Origin: an uncultured archaeon
Lineage (GTDB): Archaea; Asgardarchaeota; Lokiarchaeia; Sigyniarchaeales; SOKP01
DNA length: 42,503 nt
Assembly (NCBI GenBank): GCA_964525635.1
Contig: CAZGJX010000024.1
Span: forward strand, 1 to 42,503
Reading direction: 5' to 3'
Within the stretch, counting starts at the first letter, position 1, and every line of letters begins with the position of its first letter. The position numbers were made by a program, and so were the translations under genes. The notes beneath the pieces are model-generated. The model was not told the origin of the DNA, ran no database searches, and saw only the letters and a program-made list of their open reading frames with translations. Positions 37,620 to 42,503 of this stretch are shown here, one piece after another.

Positions 37620-38213
37620 GTGATGGTATTTGACTCAGGTTTAAGGGAGTTTAAAAAGAAAAACAGCATCCCTATCATCCCGACGGGGAATGAGACACTA
37701 AACAAATTCCTACGTGGCGGGTTTCATTTAGATCTCCTTTACCTACTATATGGGGACAAACACATTACGACCGACATCCTGCTAAAAACAGCTGTTAATT
37801 CCCAGATAATTCTAAGTAAAGATAAGATATCTAACAGTTCAGTTAAGATTGCTTATGTCGATGGGACCAACCGCTTTAATCCCTATAATGTCTCTAAATA
37901 TGCCTTAAGTCTCAAATTAACACCAAGAATAGTTTTGGAAAATATCTTGATATCGAGAGTATTCACTTGGGATCAGATGGTCGAGGTGCTTGAAAATCGA
38001 ATCATCAAGTTAGATTCGATAGACGTAGTACTGGTTTCAGGAATAACGCAATTATTTGAATATAAGCAGGAAGGGTATGAAAGCCTCTGGAAAGCAATTA
38101 GCGGAATAAAAAAGCTCTTAGAAAAATTAAATCCGTTGATAATCCTGACTGCTCCTCAAAATAGATTCTCTGATTTTAAACCAGAAGGCGGGCATACTAT
38201 TAAAAAGATATGA
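37620..38213 (+). pseudogene. Inactivated RadA/RadB-like RecA-fold protein, 3'-truncated at the direct repeat
   Basis: IPTGNETLNKFLRGGF..LYLLYGD with degenerate Walker A; IAYVDGTNRFNPY; LENILISRVFT. After PEGGH the frame enters repeat copy 2 and stops within 6 codons. Confidence 0.7.
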
Positions 38214-38282
38214 TTTAAGACTTATATGTAATATGATCAAGAACAAAAATAATATTTTATATATAAGCGATGAGTTTATAAA
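38194..38282 (+). repeat. 89-bp direct repeat, copy 2
   Basis: Differs from copy 1 by two G/A substitutions; similarity extends to 38290 vs 31864. Confidence 0.95.
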
Positions 38283-38465
38283 ACATAAGATTTAAATCAG
38301 AAGTTTTTTCGATTTTTATACAATCAATATAGAATAAGAAAGACAGATTAATTTTATAAAAGAATCATCCTTTTTCTAAAAAAAACAAATTTAAAATCTT
38401 AGTATATTATATTTGTAAAGAATAAATTTATTTTATAAATTTAAATCACTCTTTTATTAAAATTC

Positions 38466-38624
38466 TCATTCGAGTGAATACCAATGGCGACAAATGCTAC
38501 ATTGTCTTATATTTATATATTTTACAGAACCATTATCTTTTACTGAGAGTTTACGATCGATCATATGAAATCCACATTTATGACAAATATATGCTTCTTG
38601 TATTTTTATTTTCCGAGCAGTCAT
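38466..38624 (-). CDS. Unannotated 52-aa zinc-ribbon protein (MTARKIKIQEAYICHKCGFHMIDRKLSVKDNGSVKYINIRQCSICRHWYSLE)
   Basis: Manual minus-strand translation gives CHKC...CSIC; this explains the shadow + strand ORF 38474..38683. Confidence 0.75.
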   Translation of the reverse strand: MTARKIKIQEAYICHKCGFHMIDRKLSVKDNGSVKYINIRQCSICRHWYSLE

Positions 38625-39092
38625 TATTTCTCTTCTTGAATTCAAATTACTTTAATCTTAAAATAAGATTAATTTCTAAATGAAATTAAAAAAAAACCTT
38701 TAATATATTCATAAACTCAATTTATTTAAATGTTTGTTTGAATAAAAATATTGTTATTATAGAGGTCAAATCATTTATTTAATTTACCCTTTTTGAATAT
38801 AATCGTATTTAACCTGATTTTAATAATAATCAAGTTTAATTTATTAAATTATTTTCAAATAACTTTGTATATTATCTTTCTCTACTTTAAGGATCTATAT
38901 TTATAATATAATTATAAGAAGAATATATCTTATATTCCAATATTTATATAACATATAGAAGGAACAATTAAAATAAATCCATAAACATAAAAATGAGGTT
39001 TTTTATTAATTTTAAAAATCACGTACTAAGTTATTATTGCGATTTCAGAGTTATATTTTAATTTACTTATAAATAAAAAGGTGTTGAAAAAA

Positions 39093-39467
39093 ATGAGTAA
39101 AATAAATGATGTAAATATTATTTTGCAAGATCTTGAAGGAAAAGTGGCAGATATTATAGGATCAGCAGTTATAAGAACAAATGGTCTATTAATTGCCTCA
39201 GCTTTACCAAGTGAATCAAATGAAAGGATGATTGCTGCAATGTCAGCTGCTCTTTTAGGTACATCAAAACGATCTGCTGAAGCATTATTTAATGGAATAT
39301 TTAAAAGTCTAAGTCTTGAATTGGATAAAGGAAATATGTTTCTTATAAATGCGGGAAGAGTAATCTTGGTTGCAATAACAAAGAAAGAGCCAAATTTAGG
39401 TTTAATAACTCTAGAAATGGAAGATGCTAGTAATAAAATAAGAAATATTTTTCAAATGGAGGAGTAA
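39093..39467 (+). CDS. Roadblock/LC7 (MglB/LAMTOR-like) protein
   Basis: IIGSAVIRTNGLLIASALP..IAAMSAALLG..NLGLI; SD-like AAGGTG upstream of ATG 39093. Confidence 0.92.
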   Translation: MSKINDVNIILQDLEGKVADIIGSAVIRTNGLLIASALPSESNERMIAAMSAALLGTSKRSAEALFNGIFKSLSLELDKGNMFLINAGRVILVAITKKEPNLGLITLEMEDASNKIRNIFQMEE

Positions 39468-39473
39468 ATAATT

Positions 39474-39947
39474 ATGTCTGACAGATTAAAAAGAAGAATT
39501 AAACAATTAAAGTTTTTAGCTTCAATGTTTAAAATGGCTATAGAAGAATTTGATAAAGTAATGGGTCCTGAAACCATTCAAACTATATTTCGATTAATTG
39601 GAGAACATCAAGGAAAAGAATTCCAAGCAAAATTAAAAGAAAAATATAAGATTGATAAATGGGATCTTAAGATGTTTGCTGAAAAAGTACAAAATGAAGT
39701 TTTAGTACCCGCATTAGGAGAAGACCAATCTGAAATTAATATTTCAGGAGAAAAAATCGAAATTAAAATAAAAGCATGTCCTTTTAAAAGTGCTGGTATT
39801 CCCATCTCCAATAAATATTTCTGTACTTATACTGAAGGACTAGTTGAAACAATCGCTCAAGAATCTCTAGGAGAAATTATTTTTACTACTGAAAAATTAC
39901 GCTCTGTAGACTTTTGTGATTGTAAATTTAGAATCAATATTCAATAA
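39474..39947 (+). CDS. V4R/MetOD1-fold protein (same superfamily as TRAPP Bet3)
   Basis: IFRLIGEHQG helix, IKACPF, FCTYTEGLV and CDCKFRI motifs. Confidence 0.75.
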   Translation: MSDRLKRRIKQLKFLASMFKMAIEEFDKVMGPETIQTIFRLIGEHQGKEFQAKLKEKYKIDKWDLKMFAEKVQNEVLVPALGEDQSEINISGEKIEIKIKACPFKSAGIPISNKYFCTYTEGLVETIAQESLGEIIFTTEKLRSVDFCDCKFRINIQ

Positions 39948-40025
39948 TAAATGGACTCTATTAATAATATAAGTCTTATAATTCATATTTTTTATAAATA
40001 TTAAATAAAAATTAAGTTATTATCA

Positions 40026-40754
40026 ATGATTCATAATATCCTTATACTGAGAGAATCTGGAGAAAATATTTTTAATAAAAACTTCTCCAAGACTAATTGG
40101 GATGAAACATTAGCGAGTGGATTCATCTCTGCTACTTTTAATTTTACACAAAATACTTTTGGAGCAGAAATTCAAGATATTGAACTAGGTCCTTATAGAC
40201 TTCTATTTGAAAGAGGAGATAATATAATTATTGTTGCTTTATTTGACAAATATGATAGTATTATAAATATTCGTGAGATTCTAATTAAAATTAATGATAC
40301 TATAAAAAATAAATTTGGAGCTAAAATTAAAGATTTCCATAATCATTATCTTGAAGAATTTAATGAATTAGATGAAATAACTGAAAAGATCATTTCTGAA
40401 CTATCACATGACCATATTAGTAAAAAAATAAAAGATAATTATAAAGTAATTTTAGATAATTTTCGTTCAAACAACGAGATCTTGGATTGCGATTTAATTT
40501 CAGTTTCTGGTGTGCCTTTAATAAAGGAATGGAAAAAAGATTTTCTTGATCTATGTTTGAGACAAATGGATGCATTTTGGAAGTCTAAAAGGTATAGTTT
40601 GGATAGAATAATACTCTCCTATGAAGAAAGACATGTAATATTACAGAAAATCAATGATAACTTAGTATTAACAGCATTAATACGTAGAAATACTCCGATT
40701 GGACTTGCTGAATTATTAATAGAAGAAACAGCAAATAAAATTTTTAAAATATGA
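40026..40754 (+). CDS. Longin domain + roadblock-like domain fusion
   Basis: N-terminal IHNILILRESGENIF..LASGFISATFNF..IQDIELG is longin-like; C-terminal ILDCDLISVSGVPL..LVLTALIRRNTPIGLAEL is roadblock-like. Confidence 0.75.
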   Translation: MIHNILILRESGENIFNKNFSKTNWDETLASGFISATFNFTQNTFGAEIQDIELGPYRLLFERGDNIIIVALFDKYDSIINIREILIKINDTIKNKFGAKIKDFHNHYLEEFNELDEITEKIISELSHDHISKKIKDNYKVILDNFRSNNEILDCDLISVSGVPLIKEWKKDFLDLCLRQMDAFWKSKRYSLDRIILSYEERHVILQKINDNLVLTALIRRNTPIGLAELLIEETANKIFKI

Positions 40755-40782
40755 TTTTTAAAATAGAAAAAAAGGATTAAAT

Positions 40783-41196
40783 TTGGGAATATTATCAAAA
40801 TTTTTTGGAAAAAAACCTGCTGAAACTATAAGAGAACTTGAATTAGAAATAGAAAAATTAAAAATAAAAAGTAATTCCGAATTAATATCATTGGTAGGAA
40901 CTGATGGTAAATTAAGAGGACTACCATTAATTTATTCTGCTAATAATGAAGCTATTTTGAAAAAATATTGTGCTAGATTAGGTGAGATTTTTCGACCAAT
41001 TGAGAATATTGTCGATGAGAAAATAATCCAAGATGTTATTATTAATTATAAAGATTTTTTTCTAGTTTTTAAACCGATTTTAAGAGATATCGGTATTTTA
41101 GCAATTATAACAAACAAATCTTATATTTCATCTATACTTCAATGGGTTGATAAAAACAATAATATACTAAAAGCATTATTTCCAGAACATATTTAA
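40783..41196 (+). CDS. Divergent roadblock/profilin-fold protein
   Basis: LISLVGTDG..GLPLIYS..IQDVIINYKDFFLVFKPI..IGILAII follows the roadblock-like secondary-structure pattern. Confidence 0.55.
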   Translation: MGILSKFFGKKPAETIRELELEIEKLKIKSNSELISLVGTDGKLRGLPLIYSANNEAILKKYCARLGEIFRPIENIVDEKIIQDVIINYKDFFLVFKPILRDIGILAIITNKSYISSILQWVDKNNNILKALFPEHI

Positions 41197-41235
41197 ATGT
41201 ACTTCACCTAAGATATGGCTAATTTTTGTATAAAT

Positions 41236-41790
41236 TTAAGTACTTTTTAATAAATCAGCATCGGTAATTATTCCCACAAATTTATCAAACCTTTTTACTA
41301 ATACAGCTGGATATTTTAATAAAATGTCTGATATATCTTTTAAATTCCAATCTTCCTCAATTTCTGGAAAAGGTAGTTCTTTTAATCGCATAACCTCAAC
41401 ATTTAAAAGATCAGGATTATCCATAATAAGTTTCTGTGTTTTTTTTGAAGTAATACTTCCTAAATTACGATTATTTTCTATAATAGGCAATTGAGAGATT
41501 TTATATTCATTCATTAGTAAGATTGCTTCTTTTAATTTAGTATTCGGAGTAATAAACACCAATTTCTTAGTCATTAAATCCTCGATTTTTTTTGATATAC
41601 TCTTTCTTTTCTTTGTTTCATTCTCTAAATATTCAAATATGGCTCTTACTTTTGAATAAGGTGGATCTTCTAATCCATTTTCTATTCTTGATATAGTAGA
41701 TTGAGAAATATGGCATTTTTCACTTAAATCTTTTTGGCTTAAATTAAGGTTCTTCCTTAATACGCTTATATTAGTTAGTTCTGGAAAAAT
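41236..41790 (-). CDS. XRE-HTH + CBS-pair transcriptional regulator (COG3620-like)
   Basis: The frame of ORF 41236..41574 stays open upstream: IFPELTNISVLRKNLNLSQKDLSEKCHISQSTISRIENGLEDPPYSKVRAIF (HTH_3), followed by the CBS pair. No ATG/GTG/TTG upstream; ATT at 41790 is assumed as start. Confidence 0.85.
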   Translation of the reverse strand: MFPELTNISVLRKNLNLSQKDLSEKCHISQSTISRIENGLEDPPYSKVRAIFEYLENETKKRKSISKKIEDLMTKKLVFITPNTKLKEAILLMNEYKISQLPIIENNRNLGSITSKKTQKLIMDNPDLLNVEVMRLKELPFPEIEEDWNLKDISDILLKYPAVLVKRFDKFVGIITDADLLKST

Positions 41791-41935
41791 AGGATATATG
41801 CACCTATCTCATATAATATGCATTTTATAAATAAAAAAGAATTAAACCTTTATAAATTACTATGTTTTTCCTATGTTAATAATTATAGAAAAAAAAAATA
41901 ATCATATAATCATATTATCATAAATAGGTGTTAAA

Positions 41936-42503
41936 TTGACTAAAACTTATAAAGAAATTAATGAAAAAATAAAAAATGGCGATGTTATCGTTGTTACAGC
42001 AGAGGAAATGATAAAAATTGTTGAAGATAGTGGTGAGAAAGTAGCTGCTGAAGAAATTGATATAGTTACGACAGGAACTTTTGGACCGATGTGCTCAAGT
42101 GGGGCTTTTCTAAATTTTGGTCATTCAGATCCCCCTATTAAGTTTGAGCATTTATGGCTGAATGAAGTTCATGCATATCATGGTAATGCTGCAGTTGATT
42201 GTTATATTGGTTGCACTCGTATGGCCGATATAAGGCCGTTTGAATATGGAGGTGGTCATGTTATTGAGGACCTCGTCGCTGGAAAATCAATTAGATTGAG
42301 AGGTAATTCTTATACTACTGATTGTTATCCATTGGCAGAAATTGATACCAAATTCACAATTGATGATATTAATCAAGCTATTTTGTGTAATCCAAGAAAT
42401 GCTTATCAAAGATATGTATGTGCTGTAAATAGTTCTGATAGGACACTCTATACTTATATGGGTAAATTATTACCAAATTTTGGAAATGCTCATTTCGCAG
42501 GAG
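41936..42503 (+). CDS. DUF39/COG1900 homocysteine biosynthesis enzyme (L-aspartate semialdehyde sulfurtransferase type), 3' end outside window
   Basis: TTG start after SD-like AGGTG. MTKTYKEINEKIKNGDVIVVTAEEM..IDIVTTGTFGPMCSSGAFLNFGHSDPPIK..YGGGHVIEDL..TDCYP..NPRNAYQ..LYTYMG. Confidence 0.88.
   Translation, partial: MTKTYKEINEKIKNGDVIVVTAEEMIKIVEDSGEKVAAEEIDIVTTGTFGPMCSSGAFLNFGHSDPPIKFEHLWLNEVHAYHGNAAVDCYIGCTRMADIRPFEYGGGHVIEDLVAGKSIRLRGNSYTTDCYPLAEIDTKFTIDDINQAILCNPRNAYQRYVCAVNSSDRTLYTYMGKLLPNFGNAHFAG

Larger units (their letters stand above)
31768..38282. mobile_element. Putative direct-repeat-bounded island carrying surface/secreted proteins and a truncated RadB-like gene
   Basis: Flanked by 89-bp direct repeats 6426 bp apart, with accessory cargo and a gene truncation at the right repeat. 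No integrase is present. Confidence 0.5.

Noticed and set aside
31768-38290. Diversity-generating retroelement TR/VR pair
   Set aside because: Both core mismatches involve A in copy 2, but there are only two, copy 1 is non-coding, and the window has no reverse transcriptase.
38474-38683. 69-aa + strand ORF
   Set aside because: Shadow of the minus-strand zinc-ribbon ORF 38466..38624.
31500-39080. CRISPR array, integrase or transposase
   Set aside because: No regularly spaced short repeats, and no tyrosine/serine recombinase, DDE or TnpB motifs in any ORF.
1912-39811. Short overlapping or intergenic ORFs (1912, 7486, 7911, 10339, 12865, 15288, 16454, 17053, 18464, 19130, 22475, 24425, 25472, 26174, 29098, 29944, 36095, 36271, 36501, 36974, 39608)
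   Set aside because: Antisense or alternative-frame shadows of well-supported genes, or low-complexity intergenic translations without motifs.

Overview
This is a very AT-rich archaeal window that reads as Asgard, most likely Lokiarchaeia. The evidence is a gelsolin-domain protein, a Rab-like small GTPase, a Roadblock/V4R/longin cluster, an HdrA-MvhD fusion, Cdc6/Orc1 and surface proteins with TM+Lys C-terminal anchors. Housekeeping and metabolic genes include cdc6, tldD/pmbA, purA, a PfkB kinase, a GH1 beta-glucosidase, pssA, a GNAT, a DMT transporter, an N6-adenine MTase, an MBL hydrolase and a DUF39 homocysteine-synthesis gene. Four things stand out. (1) A tandem paralogous pair of vWA + C4HC3 (PHD/RING-like) zinc-finger proteins at 15197-17887 recalls the architecture of the eukaryotic TFIIH p44/p34 vWA pair. 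(2) A ~6.5 kb island is bounded by 89-bp direct repeats (31768/38194). It carries an Ig-repeat surface protein, a secreted caspase/legumain-fold protease with a LamG domain, and two relics of a RadB-like gene: one truncated exactly at the repeat, the other a decayed copy of its promoter and 5' end. (3) A four-gene Roadblock-V4R-longin/roadblock-roadblock cluster combines Ragulator and TRAPP folds. (4) The gelsolin carries a duplicated unknown domain and a terminal RxxPxxP motif. I also found two small ORFs, an N-terminal HTH domain and a window-edge gene that the ORF track missed, plus several single-base disruptions that could be real or assembly errors. I could not support any tRNA, rRNA, CRISPR array, integrase or transposase. 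All family assignments come from motif recognition by eye; no database searches were run.
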